NCBI GenBank assembly: GCA_036960905.1
Contig: JBALWM010000004.1
Location: 1 to 33,310, forward strand
Direction of reading: 5' to 3'
Length of the DNA stretch: 33,310 bases
DNA from: Porticoccus sp.
GTDB taxonomy: Bacteria; Pseudomonadota; Gammaproteobacteria; Pseudomonadales; Porticoccaceae
Both the position numbers and the translations under genes were made by a program. The notes beneath the pieces are model-generated. The model was not told the DNA's origin. It searched no databases and saw nothing but the letters and a program-made list of their open reading frames with translations. Positions within the stretch are counted from its first letter, which is position 1; each line of letters opens with the position of its first letter. This document shows, piece by piece, positions 1 through 12,461 of this stretch.

Positions 1-95
1 ATTCTAAGGGAGCACTGGCTTACCTTGGGTTAGCCGGTGAAATCATTCGTCGAGCAAAGGCAATTGTTAGGGTGCCGGCAGAAACAACAGGTTAA
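1..95 (+). CDS. parA: ParA/Soj chromosome partitioning ATPase, C-terminal fragment (truncated by window start)
   Basis: Frame from base 3 reads SKGALAYLGLAGEIIRRAKAIVRVPAETTG* (TAA 93-95), a typical ParA C-terminal helix; ends 3 nt before parB. Confidence 0.88.
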   Translation, partial: SKGALAYLGLAGEIIRRAKAIVRVPAETTG

Positions 96-98
96 GTT

Positions 99-974
99 AT
101 GGTAAAGAGAAAAGGTTTGGGTAGAGGCCTTGACGCCCTTATGGGTGTGGGGGACGAAACAGGCACAGCAGAAGAGCATTCGGTGGTTCAGCGGGATACG
201 CTGAATGAGCTGCCAATAGAGTTTATGACCCGGGGCAAATATCAACCGCGCAGGGATATGCACCCGGAAGCATTAGAAGATCTCGCCAACTCTATCCGGG
301 TTCAAGGTGTGATTCAGCCAATCATTGTTCGGTCAATTGGTATTGATAGCTATGAAATTATTGCGGGAGAGCGTCGGTGGAGGGCTGCTCAGCAAGCGGG
401 ACTGGACACAATACCAGCACTGATAAGAGATGTGCCCGATGAATCAGCTGTCGCCATGGCGCTGATTGAAAATATTCAGCGTGAAGACCTCAATGCAATA
501 GAAGAAGCGCAAGCACTGGTTCGTCTACAGCAGGAGTTTGGTCTTACTCAACAGCAAGTAGCAGATGCCGTAGGAAAACCACGTAGCACAGTAACCAACC
601 TGATGCGCCTGATGACCCTTGAACAAGAAGTGCAAAAGCTGCTGGAACATGGTGATTTGGAGATGGGCCATGCCCGAGCCTTACTTGGTCTGGAGGGGCA
701 TAGTCAGGTTGAAGCGGCAAGGACTACTGTTGCCAAGGGCATGACCGTGAGGCAAACAGAAGCGCTGGTGCGGCGGTTACAACAACAGCAAGAAAGACCG
801 GAGCAAGTCTCAACACATCGGGTCGACCCGGATACTAAGCGTCTACAGGATGAACTATCTGGCCAGATCGGAGTACCGGTATTAATACAGCATAACGCTA
901 AAGGAAAAGGAAAGCTGGTCCTTAAATACAACAGTCTGGATGAGCTAGAAGGCATTCTCAATCACATCAAATAA
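99..974 (+). CDS. parB: ParB/Spo0J partitioning protein
   Basis: N-terminal KGLGRGLDAL, CTP-binding GERRWRA motif, ALIENIQREDL, HTH region; canonical position before the atp operon. Confidence 0.98.
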   Translation: MVKRKGLGRGLDALMGVGDETGTAEEHSVVQRDTLNELPIEFMTRGKYQPRRDMHPEALEDLANSIRVQGVIQPIIVRSIGIDSYEIIAGERRWRAAQQAGLDTIPALIRDVPDESAVAMALIENIQREDLNAIEEAQALVRLQQEFGLTQQQVADAVGKPRSTVTNLMRLMTLEQEVQKLLEHGDLEMGHARALLGLEGHSQVEAARTTVAKGMTVRQTEALVRRLQQQQERPEQVSTHRVDPDTKRLQDELSGQIGVPVLIQHNAKGKGKLVLKYNSLDELEGILNHIK

Positions 975-1050
975 CAGCAGACTATAATTCTAATCAATGA
1001 TCGTTATTGCTGATTTTACGTTTTATACATCGACTTACATCAAAGTTTTG

Positions 1051-1079
1051 TTGAATCTACTTGTGGGACTACCTATAAT
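1051..1079 (+). promoter_or_regulatory. sigma70 promoter of the atp operon
   Basis: TTGAAT (1051-1056), 17-nt spacer, TATAAT (1074-1079), 64 nt upstream of atpI. Confidence 0.75.
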
Positions 1080-1143
1080 TGCCGCCCGTTTGGGCTAGCG
1101 TTAGGTGTTGGCCCAAGCATATTGTGCGGAAGGGGGGTAGCAA

Positions 1144-1521
1144 ATGAAGGCTACCATAAAGGCTCCACCGGTAGGTCAGATAGCAATTACTCAATTGATC
1201 GTTTTAGTGGTCATAGTAGTTGCCATATCCCCGGTAGATGCAACCGCAGCCTATTCCATACTGATTGGTGGAGTGATACAGATAGGCCCTCATGCCTATT
1301 TCACGCGATTTGCCTTTCGGTATTCAGGTGCTAGGCAGGCCCCGGAAATACTTCGCGCCATACACAAAGGGGAAACGGGCAAGTTATTGCTCACCGCGGT
1401 GTTGTTTGCACTGGCTTTTAGTTTTGTAGAGCCGCTTCATCTACCCGGTCTGTTTCTGAGTTATGGCGTTATGATTATTGTGCAGTGGTTTAGTGCCGCG
1501 AGGGTGCTAAACCACCGATAA
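1144..1521 (+). CDS. atpI: ATP synthase protein I
   Basis: 125-aa hydrophobic protein with GETGKLLLT motif, first gene before atpB. Confidence 0.92.
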   Translation: MKATIKAPPVGQIAITQLIVLVVIVVAISPVDATAAYSILIGGVIQIGPHAYFTRFAFRYSGARQAPEILRAIHKGETGKLLLTAVLFALAFSFVEPLHLPGLFLSYGVMIIVQWFSAARVLNHR

Positions 1522-2412
<891 letters not shown>

Positions 2413-2451
2413 ATAATAAATTTTAAATTACTACTTAACTATCGTTATTAG

Positions 2452-2700
<249 letters not shown>

Positions 2701-2749
2701 GTTTGACATCCCGATTCTTAACTATTAACTCCAAGAACGAGGTGTTAGC

Positions 2750-3220
2750 GTGAATATTAACCTGACCCTGATCGGACAGCTGATCTCTTTTCTGTTCTTT
2801 ATCTGGTTCTGCAAGAAGTTTGTTTGGGCCGCTCTCATCGGTGCGATGGAAGAACGTCAAAAGAAGATTGCTGACGGTCTAGATGCCGCAGATCGCGCTT
2901 CACGTGATCTGGAGCTGGCGCAAGAAAAAGCGCTGGAGCGGCTTAAAGAAGCCAAGCAGGAAGCAGCAGCAATGATTGAGCAAGCGAACAAGCGTGCCAG
3001 TCAAATTGTTGATGAAGCCAAAGATTTGGCTCGAGCTGAAGGCGATCGCTTAAAAGTGGCTGCCCAGGCAGAAATCGAGCAGGAAATTAACCGTGCTAAA
3101 GAAGAGCTGCGCAGCAAAGTGGCAACTCTGGCCTTAGCGGGTGCGGAAAAAATCCTGCAGGCAAACATCGACGAAAGCGTTAATCGTCAGTTGGTCGACA
3201 ATCTGGCAGCACAGCTGTAA
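2750..3220 (+). CDS. atpF: F0 subunit b
   Basis: GTG start, [11 protein letters not shown]-terminal TM segment plus coiled coil. Confidence 0.98.
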   Translation: MNINLTLIGQLISFLFFIWFCKKFVWAALIGAMEERQKKIADGLDAADRASRDLELAQEKALERLKEAKQEAAAMIEQANKRASQIVDEAKDLARAEGDRLKVAAQAEIEQEINRAKEELRSKVATLALAGAEKILQANIDESVNRQLVDNLAAQL

Positions 3221-3232
3221 CCGAGGTTTGAT

Positions 3233-3769
3233 ATGGCTGAATTGAGCACTCTGGCTAGGCCCTATGCAAAAGCGGCATTTCAATATGCTGCAGATGCAAG
3301 TGATCTTCAAGGTTGGTCAGACAGCCTTGCAGTTGCTGCGGTCGTAGCATCGCAGGATGCAGTAGTAAAACTGCTGAGTTCGCCAAGCTATACAGCAACT
3401 CAACAGGCAGAAAAAACGATCGAAGTTTGTGGTGATGCTTTAAATGAGAAAAGCCGCAGCTTTGTTCAGGTTTTGGCAGAAAATCATCGCCTGCAGCTAC
3501 TGCCACAGATTTATCAACAATTTGAAGTGTTGAAGGCCAACCGCGAAAAAACCGTAGAGGTTAGTGTGGTGTCAGCCAGTGAAATCAGCACGGAACAACA
3601 AGACAAGCTGGCTAGTGCGCTCAGTTCCAAACTTGAGCGTGAGGTCAACATGCAGGTGTCAATCGATGACAGCCTGATTGGTGGTGTAGTTGTTCGCGCA
3701 GGAGATACCGTTATTGACGGCTCTATACGCGGGCGCTTGGCCAAACTAGCCGAAGTATTAAATTCATAG
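3233..3769 (+). CDS. atpH: F1 subunit delta
   Basis: TLARPYAKAAF, LIGGVVVRAGDTVIDGS. Confidence 0.98.
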   Translation: MAELSTLARPYAKAAFQYAADASDLQGWSDSLAVAAVVASQDAVVKLLSSPSYTATQQAEKTIEVCGDALNEKSRSFVQVLAENHRLQLLPQIYQQFEVLKANREKTVEVSVVSASEISTEQQDKLASALSSKLEREVNMQVSIDDSLIGGVVVRAGDTVIDGSIRGRLAKLAEVLNS

Positions 3770-3787
3770 GATTGAGGACCAGAGCAA

Positions 3788-5332
3788 ATGCAGCAACTGA
3801 ATCCATCCGAAATCAGTGAGATCATCAAGCAGCGAATTGATAGCCTTGATGTTTCCTCTGAAGCGCAGAACGAAGGCACTATTGTATCCGTATCAGACGG
3901 TATCATTCGCATCCACGGCCTAGCCGATGTGATGTACGGTGAAATGATCGAGTTTGATGGCGGTATCTACGGTATGGCCCTTAACTTGGAGCGTGACTCC
4001 GTTGGTGCGGTAATTCTTGGTGATTACCAGTCTCTGGCTGAAGGCCAGAAAGCACGTTGCACCGGTCGCATCCTTGAAGTACCAGTAGGTCCAGAGCTGG
4101 AAGGTCGGGTAGTTAACGCTTTGGGTGACCCCATTGACGGTAAGGGCCCGATAAATGCCAAACTAACCGATGCAATTGAAAAAGTTGCTCCTGGTGTAAT
4201 TGCTCGTCAATCTGTTGATCAGCCGGTGCAAATTGGTTTGAAGGCAATTGATGCCATGGTGCCAATTGGTCGTGGTCAGCGCGAGCTGATCATTGGTGAC
4301 CGTCAGATTGGTAAAACAGCCGTTGCTGTTGATGCCATCATTAACCAGAAAGATTCTGGCATTAAGTGTATCTATGTGGCAATTGGCCAGAAAGCGTCTT
4401 CTATTGCTGCGGTTGTACGCAAGCTAGAAGAGCATGGTGCCATGGAGCACACTATTGTTGTTGCAGCAACAGCCTCTGATCCGGCAGCCATGCAGTTCTT
4501 AGCCCCATTTGGTGGCTGCACCATGGGTGAGTACTACCGAGATCGCGGTCAAGATGCCCTGATTATTTATGATGATCTGACCAAGCAAGCTTGGGCTTAT
4601 CGTCAAATTTCTTTGTTGTTGCGTCGTCCGCCAGGCCGTGAAGCTTATCCTGGTGATGTGTTCTATTTGCACTCCCGCTTGTTGGAACGCGCAGCACGTG
4701 TAAACGCAAATTATGTTGAAAACTTCACCAATGGTGAAGTAAAAGGCAAAACGGGCTCACTAACAGCGTTGCCTATTATTGAGACTCAGGCTGGTGACGT
4801 ATCTGCATTCGTACCAACCAACGTGATCTCCATTACTGATGGTCAGATCTTCCTTGAAGCGGACATGTTTAATGCGGGTATTCGCCCTGCAATGAACGCT
4901 GGTGTTTCCGTATCTCGGGTTGGTGGTGCTGCACAAACCAAGATTGTGAAAAAACTGTCTGGTGGTATTCGTACCGCATTGGCACAGTATCGAGAGCTGG
5001 CAGCATTCTCCCAGTTTGCATCTGATCTAGACGATGCCACTAAGGCCCAGTTGGACCACGGTGAGCGCGTTACTGAGCTGATGAAGCAGAAGCAATATGC
5101 ACCACAAAGTATTGCTGAGATGGGCCTGATGATTTATGCCGTGGATAACGGCTATCTGAAAGAAGTTGCCGTGAATAAAGTTGGTGATTTTGAGGCAGCC
5201 CTGCTCTCATACATGAAAGCTGAGCACGGAGATCTGTTAGATCAGGTTAACCAGAGCGGCGACTGGAACAACGACATTGAAGCCAGTTACAAGGCGGCGC
5301 TGGAAAAATTTGTCAGCACCCAGACTTGGTAA
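3788..5332 (+). CDS. atpA: F1 subunit alpha
   Basis: GDRQIGKT Walker [25 protein letters not shown]. Confidence 0.99.
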   Translation: MQQLNPSEISEIIKQRIDSLDVSSEAQNEGTIVSVSDGIIRIHGLADVMYGEMIEFDGGIYGMALNLERDSVGAVILGDYQSLAEGQKARCTGRILEVPVGPELEGRVVNALGDPIDGKGPINAKLTDAIEKVAPGVIARQSVDQPVQIGLKAIDAMVPIGRGQRELIIGDRQIGKTAVAVDAIINQKDSGIKCIYVAIGQKASSIAAVVRKLEEHGAMEHTIVVAATASDPAAMQFLAPFGGCTMGEYYRDRGQDALIIYDDLTKQAWAYRQISLLLRRPPGREAYPGDVFYLHSRLLERAARVNANYVENFTNGEVKGKTGSLTALPIIETQAGDVSAFVPTNVISITDGQIFLEADMFNAGIRPAMNAGVSVSRVGGAAQTKIVKKLSGGIRTALAQYRELAAFSQFASDLDDATKAQLDHGERVTELMKQKQYAPQSIAEMGLMIYAVDNGYLKEVAVNKVGDFEAALLSYMKAEHGDLLDQVNQSGDWNNDIEASYKAALEKFVSTQTW

Positions 5333-5342
5333 AACTTGTTAA

Positions 5343-5366
5343 GGGGACAGATTTAAACCTGTCCCC
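5343..5366. repeat. Intercistronic inverted repeat between atpA and atpG
   Basis: GGGGACAG-atttaaac-CTGTCCCC, perfect 8-bp stem, no U-tract. Confidence 0.7.
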
Positions 5367-5383
5367 ATGATTAGGCATTAATT

Positions 5384-6244
5384 ATGGCTGTCGGAAAAGA
5401 AGTTAAAACCAAAATCACTAGTATCCAAAGCACTCAGAAAATTACTAGTGCTATGGAGATGGTTGCTGCGAGTAAGATGCGGAAAGCACAGGAACGCCGT
5501 CAACTTGGCAAACCTTATGCTAATCGTATCCGCTCAGTAGTTGGTCAAATTGCCAATGCGGTTAGTGAGTATAAGCACCAATATATGGAGCAGCGTGAAA
5601 TTAAACGCGTTGGCTACATTATAATCTCGACAGATCGGGGTTTGTGTGGTGGTTTGAACATAAACCTGTTCAAACAGGTGATCAAGTCCATGAAAACCTG
5701 GTCTGATCAAGAGGTTGAGATTGATCTTTGTGCGGTAGGTAACAAGGGCGCAGCGTTCTTTGGTAGTTTTGGCGGCAATATTGTTGCCACAGTAAAAGAT
5801 CTCGGTGATTCCCCTTCTGCCAATGACCTCATTGGTGGCGTGAAGGTTATGTTGGACGCTTACGATGAAGGTAAAATTGATCGGCTGTACGTGGTGGCAA
5901 ACGAATTTGTGAACACCATGACTCAAAAGCCGGTTATTGAGCAGCTATTACCACTCCAGCCTACAGAAGATGACAAGCTTCAACACCATTGGGACTATCT
6001 CTATGAACCCGATGCTAAGGAGCTACTGGATGGACTTTTGATTCGTTACATTGAATCTCAAGTTTACCAAGGTGTAGTTGAGAATAAGGCCTGCGAACAG
6101 GCGGCGCGTATGATTGCCATGAAGAGCGCCACGGATAATGCAGGTGATCTGATCAACGAACTGCAATTGCTTTATAACAAAGCTCGTCAGGCGGCTATTA
6201 CACAAGAGCTGTCAGAGATTGTTAGTGGCGCATCAGCAGTTTAA
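5384..6244 (+). CDS. atpG: F1 subunit gamma
   Basis: [39 protein letters not shown]. Confidence 0.99.
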   Translation: MAVGKEVKTKITSIQSTQKITSAMEMVAASKMRKAQERRQLGKPYANRIRSVVGQIANAVSEYKHQYMEQREIKRVGYIIISTDRGLCGGLNINLFKQVIKSMKTWSDQEVEIDLCAVGNKGAAFFGSFGGNIVATVKDLGDSPSANDLIGGVKVMLDAYDEGKIDRLYVVANEFVNTMTQKPVIEQLLPLQPTEDDKLQHHWDYLYEPDAKELLDGLLIRYIESQVYQGVVENKACEQAARMIAMKSATDNAGDLINELQLLYNKARQAAITQELSEIVSGASAV

Positions 6245-6256
6245 TTAAAGGTTTAG

Positions 6257-7675
<1,419 letters not shown>

Positions 7676-7696
7676 GAGCAAGAAAGGCGTTAAGAT

Positions 7697-8128
7697 ATGT
7701 CTATGACCGTCCACTGTGACATTGTAAGTTCTGAAGAATCCTTGTTTTCAGGGTTAGTTGAGCTGGTTGTGGCTACGGGTTCCCAGGGTGAATTGGGTAT
7801 AACTTTTGGCCATGCACCACTACTAACTGATTTAAAGCCAGGTCCAGTTCGGATCGTAAAGCAGGATGGCGAAGAGGAACTTTACTACCTTTCCGGTGGT
7901 TTCCTTGAAGTACAGCCAAACCTTATTTCAATTCTTTCTGATACTGCCTTGCGTGCGGATGATCTGGATGAAGCCGCTGCACTGGAAGCTAAGAAGCAGG
8001 CGGAACATGACCTCTCTAACCAGAGTGGCGAGTTCGATTACTCCCGAGCAGCTTCTCAGCTGGCCGTGGCAGCAGCTCAGCTCCGTACTATTGATCAGTT
8101 ACGGAAGAAACTGGGTGGAAAGCATTAG
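7697..8128 (+). CDS. atpC: F1 subunit epsilon
   Basis: [30 protein letters not shown]. Confidence 0.98.
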   Translation: MSMTVHCDIVSSEESLFSGLVELVVATGSQGELGITFGHAPLLTDLKPGPVRIVKQDGEEELYYLSGGFLEVQPNLISILSDTALRADDLDEAAALEAKKQAEHDLSNQSGEFDYSRAASQLAVAAAQLRTIDQLRKKLGGKH

Positions 8129-8145
8129 TTACACCAGTAACTGAT

Positions 8146-8175
8146 AAAAAAGGGTGGCTTTAGCCACCCTTTTTT
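8146..8175 (+). terminator. Intrinsic (potentially bidirectional) terminator of the atp operon
   Basis: AAAAAA-GGGTGGC-ttta-GCCACCC-TTTTTT. Confidence 0.9.
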
Positions 8176-8305
8176 GTGGCTTTTATTTAATCGGCAAATG
8201 AGAATAATTCTGAGTGCGGCAAATCGTGGCAATCAGTTATGGTTCCTGATTAAATACCTCAAAACCAACACCCCTAAACTAATGCCTCTAAACCAGGGAA
8301 TACAT

Positions 8306-9673
8306 ATGGCAACAGATATCGTGATTCTTGCTGCAGGGAAAGGCACTCGGATGAAGTCCAGTCTTCCCAAGGTATTACATCGCCTTGCGGGTCGGCCTTT
8401 GCTTCAACATGTGGTTGATGCGGCAGAAACGGTTAACGATGCCAATATATTGGTGGTGACTGGTCATGAGGCTGAAGAAGTAAAAACGGGTATTTGTGGC
8501 GATCGTCTTCGATATATCGAGCAAATAGAGCAACTTGGTACGGCCCATGCTGTATTACAGACAACGCCTTTTTTGAATTCTAAGGGTGTCACCTTGATTC
8601 TCTACGGAGATGTTCCGTTAATCAGTTCAGAGACCATTGCTGGCATGCTCCAAAAAGTGAGCGACCGGAGTATGGCATTGCTTACTGTCCAGCTAGGTGA
8701 CCCTACGGGTTACGGCCGAATAGTGAGGGATGACAACGACCAGGTCGTGGCGATTATTGAGCAGAAAGATGCCTCTCGGGAGCAGTTACAAATATCTGAA
8801 GTTAATACCGGGGTGCTCGCGCTACCTAGTCACCGTTTACAAGAGTGGCTGCCTAAAATTGGAAATAAGAACGCCCAGGGGGAATATTATCTGACAGATA
8901 TTGTTGCTGTTGCACGTAATGCGGGGTTCCAGATCGAGACATTACAACCCCGATCTATAGAAGAAGTTGAAGGCGTGAATAACCGGCTACAACTCAATAA
9001 TCTTGAGCGTTACTACCAAAAGAGACAGGCCGAACAGTTAATGTCGGAAGGCGTCACTTTGGCTGATGCCACCCGAATAGATGTTCGGGGCAACCTCCAA
9101 ACGGGTACCGATAACTTTATCGATATTAATGCTGTTTTTGAGGGAGACGTGAGCTTGGGTAGCCATGTAAAAATTGGCCCTAACTGCCTCATTATAAATA
9201 GCACAATAGCGGATGGGGTTGAGATAAAGGGCAGCAGTATTATCGAAGAATGCCAAATAGGTAATAACGCTGTGATAGGCCCCTTCGCACGACTCCGCCC
9301 AGGTACAGAGTTGGCAGACGATGTGAAAGTTGGCAATTTTGTTGAGACCAAAAAAGTGCGTGTAGGCAAAGGCAGTAAAATTAGTCACCTGAGTTATGTG
9401 GGTGATGCGGAGCTGGGTGACAATGTAAATGTGGGTGCTGGCACCATTACCTGTAACTACGATGGCGTGAATAAACACCAAACAATCATTGGTGATAACG
9501 CATTTATCGGCTCTAACACATCACTGGTAGCACCAATCAGGGTAGGCAGTAATGCCACGATAGGTGCAGGCTCTACGATTAACAAGGATGTGCCGGAAAA
9601 TGAACTTGGATTGACCCGCGCGAAGCAGAGAAATATTTCAGATTGGACACGGCCCTCAAAAAAAGAGTCTTAA
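8306..9673 (+). CDS. glmU: Bifunctional UDP-GlcNAc pyrophosphorylase / glucosamine-1-P acetyltransferase
   Basis: ILAAGKGTRMKS motif, hexapeptide repeats, GTITCNYDG. Start moved from 8174 to ATG 8306 (AGGGA RBS; the longer ORF starts inside the terminator). Confidence 0.97.
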   Translation: MATDIVILAAGKGTRMKSSLPKVLHRLAGRPLLQHVVDAAETVNDANILVVTGHEAEEVKTGICGDRLRYIEQIEQLGTAHAVLQTTPFLNSKGVTLILYGDVPLISSETIAGMLQKVSDRSMALLTVQLGDPTGYGRIVRDDNDQVVAIIEQKDASREQLQISEVNTGVLALPSHRLQEWLPKIGNKNAQGEYYLTDIVAVARNAGFQIETLQPRSIEEVEGVNNRLQLNNLERYYQKRQAEQLMSEGVTLADATRIDVRGNLQTGTDNFIDINAVFEGDVSLGSHVKIGPNCLIINSTIADGVEIKGSSIIEECQIGNNAVIGPFARLRPGTELADDVKVGNFVETKKVRVGKGSKISHLSYVGDAELGDNVNVGAGTITCNYDGVNKHQTIIGDNAFIGSNTSLVAPIRVGSNATIGAGSTINKDVPENELGLTRAKQRNISDWTRPSKKES

Positions 9674-9709
9674 AAAAATTAACACCCAAAGAATTAGTCG
9701 GAATAAATT

Positions 9710-11539
9710 ATGTGTGGAATTGTTGGTGCGGCGGGACAGCGGAATGTCACTGGCATTTTGGTCGAAGGTCTAAACAGGCTGGAGTATCGAGGCTATGATT
9801 CTGCGGGATTGGCAATAATTGATGATAACGGCGTACTCCAAGTTCGTAAAAATGCGGGAAAAGTAGCAGGTCTTGTTGATAAATTAGTAAAAAAACCAGC
9901 TGCTGGTGTACTTGGCATTGCCCATACTCGTTGGGCTACACACGGAGTACCTAATGAGCTGAATGCTCACCCCCATGTCTCGGGTGACGTGGCGGTAGTC
10001 CATAACGGCATTATCGAAAATCATAATGAGTTGCGGTCCGAATTAACGGGTTTTGGCTATCAATTTGTATCGGATACCGATACCGAGGTGGTTGCCCACC
10101 TGATTCACCACCTCTTGAAGTCTACCTCATCACTAAAACAAGCGGTTCAACAGGCGACAATCCGACTTGATGGCGCCTATGCCTTTGGTGTTATCAGCAC
10201 CCATGAGCCCGATGTGGTTATCGGCACACGAAGTGGTAGCCCCCTGGTGGTGGGTGTTGGAATAGAGGAAAATTTTATTGCATCGGATCAAATGGCCCTG
10301 CGCCAAGTTACCGATCGGTTTATCTTCCTTGAAGAAGGTGATGTCGTTGAGCTAAATAAAGGAAGCTACACCATTGTTGATCACAGTGATTTAGCGGTAA
10401 AACGTGAAATTGTGACACTTTCTGGTGGTGATGATGCGACGGATAAAGGCGGCTATCGACACTACATGATGAAGGAGATCTTCGAGCAACCCACGGCGCT
10501 CGAAAACACCCTGCAAGGACGGGTCAGCGCAAAACATGTTTTGCCTGAGGCCTTTGGTACAGAGGCAAGCCAGGTTTTCCCCCAAGTCAAAGCGGTCCAT
10601 ATTGTAGCTTGTGGCACTAGCTACCATGCGGGTTTGGTTGCCCGTTACTGGCTTGAGGAGTGGGCAGGAATCCCCTGCCAAGTGGAAGTGGCTAGCGAGT
10701 ACCGCTATCGCAAAGTTGTGGTGCCTGAAAATACGTTATTTGTCACCATCTCCCAGTCTGGGGAGACGGCGGACACATTAGCGGCGCTTCAGTCGGCAAA
10801 AAAGGCTGGCTACCTTGCCAGTTTGGTCATTTGTAATGTGCCGAATAGCTCATTAGTTCGTGAATCTGACCTAGCGCTAATGACCCATGCTGGCCCGGAA
10901 ATTGGCGTGGCGTCGACTAAGGCATTTACCACTCAGCTAGTGGCATTACAGTTACTTTGTATTGGGTTGGGTCGCAGTCATGGTCTTGACGAGGCAAAGG
11001 AACATGCGCTGGTCACAGCCCTGCATCAATTACCGGAACTGTGTCGTCAAACACTGGCTCTGGATGATGAAATTGAAAAAACCTTTAAGTGCTTTGCCGA
11101 TAAACACCATGCATTATTTTTAGGTCGCGGTGTGCAGTATCCGGTATCTCTGGAGGGTGCACTTAAACTCAAGGAAATTTCTTATATTCATGCAGAAGCG
11201 TACCCTTCCGGCGAACTAAAACATGGTCCCCTCGCTCTAGTGGACAGCGATATGCCCGTGGTTGCCGTAGCACCAAACAACGAGCTTCTTGAAAAGCTAA
11301 AATCGAATCTTCATGAGGTTAAAGCTCGTGGTGGGCAGTTGTTTGTTTTTGCAGATAAAGCCGCCGGGTTTGAAAACGAGTCCGGTGTAACAGTGATGAA
11401 TATCCCCCATGTGCCCGATAGCCTGGAGGCGATTATTTATACTCTGCCACTGCAATTGCTTTCTTATCATGTGGCCGTACTTAAGGGCACGGATGTGGAT
11501 CAGCCGCGTAACTTGGCGAAGTCAGTTACTGTAGAGTAA
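9710..11539 (+). CDS. glmS: Glutamine-fructose-6-phosphate aminotransferase
   Basis: MCGIVG N-terminal nucleophile, HTRWATHG, C-terminal [11 protein letters not shown]. Confidence 0.99.
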   Translation: MCGIVGAAGQRNVTGILVEGLNRLEYRGYDSAGLAIIDDNGVLQVRKNAGKVAGLVDKLVKKPAAGVLGIAHTRWATHGVPNELNAHPHVSGDVAVVHNGIIENHNELRSELTGFGYQFVSDTDTEVVAHLIHHLLKSTSSLKQAVQQATIRLDGAYAFGVISTHEPDVVIGTRSGSPLVVGVGIEENFIASDQMALRQVTDRFIFLEEGDVVELNKGSYTIVDHSDLAVKREIVTLSGGDDATDKGGYRHYMMKEIFEQPTALENTLQGRVSAKHVLPEAFGTEASQVFPQVKAVHIVACGTSYHAGLVARYWLEEWAGIPCQVEVASEYRYRKVVVPENTLFVTISQSGETADTLAALQSAKKAGYLASLVICNVPNSSLVRESDLALMTHAGPEIGVASTKAFTTQLVALQLLCIGLGRSHGLDEAKEHALVTALHQLPELCRQTLALDDEIEKTFKCFADKHHALFLGRGVQYPVSLEGALKLKEISYIHAEAYPSGELKHGPLALVDSDMPVVAVAPNNELLEKLKSNLHEVKARGGQLFVFADKAAGFENESGVTVMNIPHVPDSLEAIIYTLPLQLLSYHVAVLKGTDVDQPRNLAKSVTVE

Positions 11540-11570
11540 CAATGGCAGAACGCACTGTAAGTGAGCGCTC
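11503..11570 (+). other. attTn7-type site (3' end of glmS), apparently unoccupied
   Basis: The conserved [11 protein letters not shown] codons are the TnsD-binding region in other bacteria; no Tn7 end or tns genes follow. Confidence 0.5.
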
Positions 11571-12276
11571 ACTTTTATTATCCTTGTCTTTAATAGCACT
11601 TTTTATCTGTGGTTGTTCCAGCCAGCCGGCCCCTCCTGTGTATACCGCGCCAAAGCCCTCTGTCACTCAGACTACGGGGTTTATGAGTGAGGCCGAAATA
11701 GTTGAAGTTGGTGAACGCTATGGCCCTTTGGCTGAGGCAAGAGTTCGATATTGGCAGCAAATGATCAGGTCCCCCGGCTCGCCAGTGGAGGAAGATAGGC
11801 TAAAGCAGGTCAACGACTTTTTTAATGGCGCTCGTTTTGTGGATGACAAAGAGGTTTGGCAGCAAGAGGATTACTGGGCGACGCCACTTGAGTTCTTGAT
11901 TATGGATGCGGGCGATTGTGAGGATTTTAGCGTCGCGAAATACTTCACCTTGAAGAAAATGGGTGTAGAGATGGAAAAGATGCGGCTAACCTACGTTAAA
12001 GCACTGACGCTGAATAAAGCTCACATGGTACTGGCCTATTACCCAAAATCTAACTCGATACCACTGATTCTCGACAACCTCCAACCCGGTATTCAGCCAG
12101 CTACAGATCGAATGGATCTGATGCCTGTGTATAGCTTTAACGGTAAGGATCTGTGGTTAGCAAAAACCCGCAGCAAACAGGAAAAAGTGGGTAAGGCAGA
12201 TACACTTAAAACTTGGCAAGACCTCAACAGCCGAATAGAGTCGGGTGCCCCACCGTTAGTAATTTTATCGCCATAA
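11542..12276 (+). CDS. lapG: LapG-like bacterial transglutaminase-like cysteine peptidase (BTLCP), probable lipoprotein
   Basis: DYWATPLEF, GDCEDFSVAKYF (Cys), AHMVLAYY (His), LILDNL (Asp), PVYSFNG; hydrophobic stretch then ICGC-SS lipobox. Confidence 0.85.
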   Translation: MAERTVSERSLLLSLSLIALFICGCSSQPAPPVYTAPKPSVTQTTGFMSEAEIVEVGERYGPLAEARVRYWQQMIRSPGSPVEEDRLKQVNDFFNGARFVDDKEVWQQEDYWATPLEFLIMDAGDCEDFSVAKYFTLKKMGVEMEKMRLTYVKALTLNKAHMVLAYYPKSNSIPLILDNLQPGIQPATDRMDLMPVYSFNGKDLWLAKTRSKQEKVGKADTLKTWQDLNSRIESGAPPLVILSP

Positions 12277-12305
12277 ACAGCGTCGAATATAACCCTTTAT
12301 TATCA

Positions 12306-12452
12306 AAGGCGAATCATCCGCGGTTACAGGTTGTGAATAAAGAAGAATTTATAGCACTGATGGAAACCTTGGATTTACCTTCTCCAAAACAGATGGATGT
12401 GGCGGTATCAGCCAATCGAGTTTGTGGGAAAATCGAGCCTAATTCACATTAA
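12306..12452 (+). pseudogene. 3' remnant of an ETHE1-like persulfide dioxygenase (MBL fold)
   Basis: KANHPRLQVVNKEEFIALMETLDLPSPKQMDVAVSANRVCG matches the ETHE1/Sdo C-terminus (NPRL..EEFV.IM.NLNLP.P..ID.AVPAN..CG); no N-terminal HxHxDH domain upstream. Confidence 0.75.
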
Positions 12453-12461
12453 GGCTAGAGC

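Noticed and set aside
1-1143. parS site or DnaA boxes near parB
   Set aside because: No TGTTTCACGTGAAACA-like palindrome or TTATCCACA seen
2703-2731. Internal promoter TTGACA before atpF
   Set aside because: No convincing -10 at 16-18 nt spacing
8174-8305. 44-aa N-terminal extension of GlmU in the ORF track
   Set aside because: Starts within the atp terminator; the family match begins at ATG 8306, which has an RBS
12213-12305. 5' part of the 79-aa ORF 12213-12452 as a real gene
   Set aside because: TTG start inside lapG with no recognisable similarity; only the 3' part resembles ETHE1
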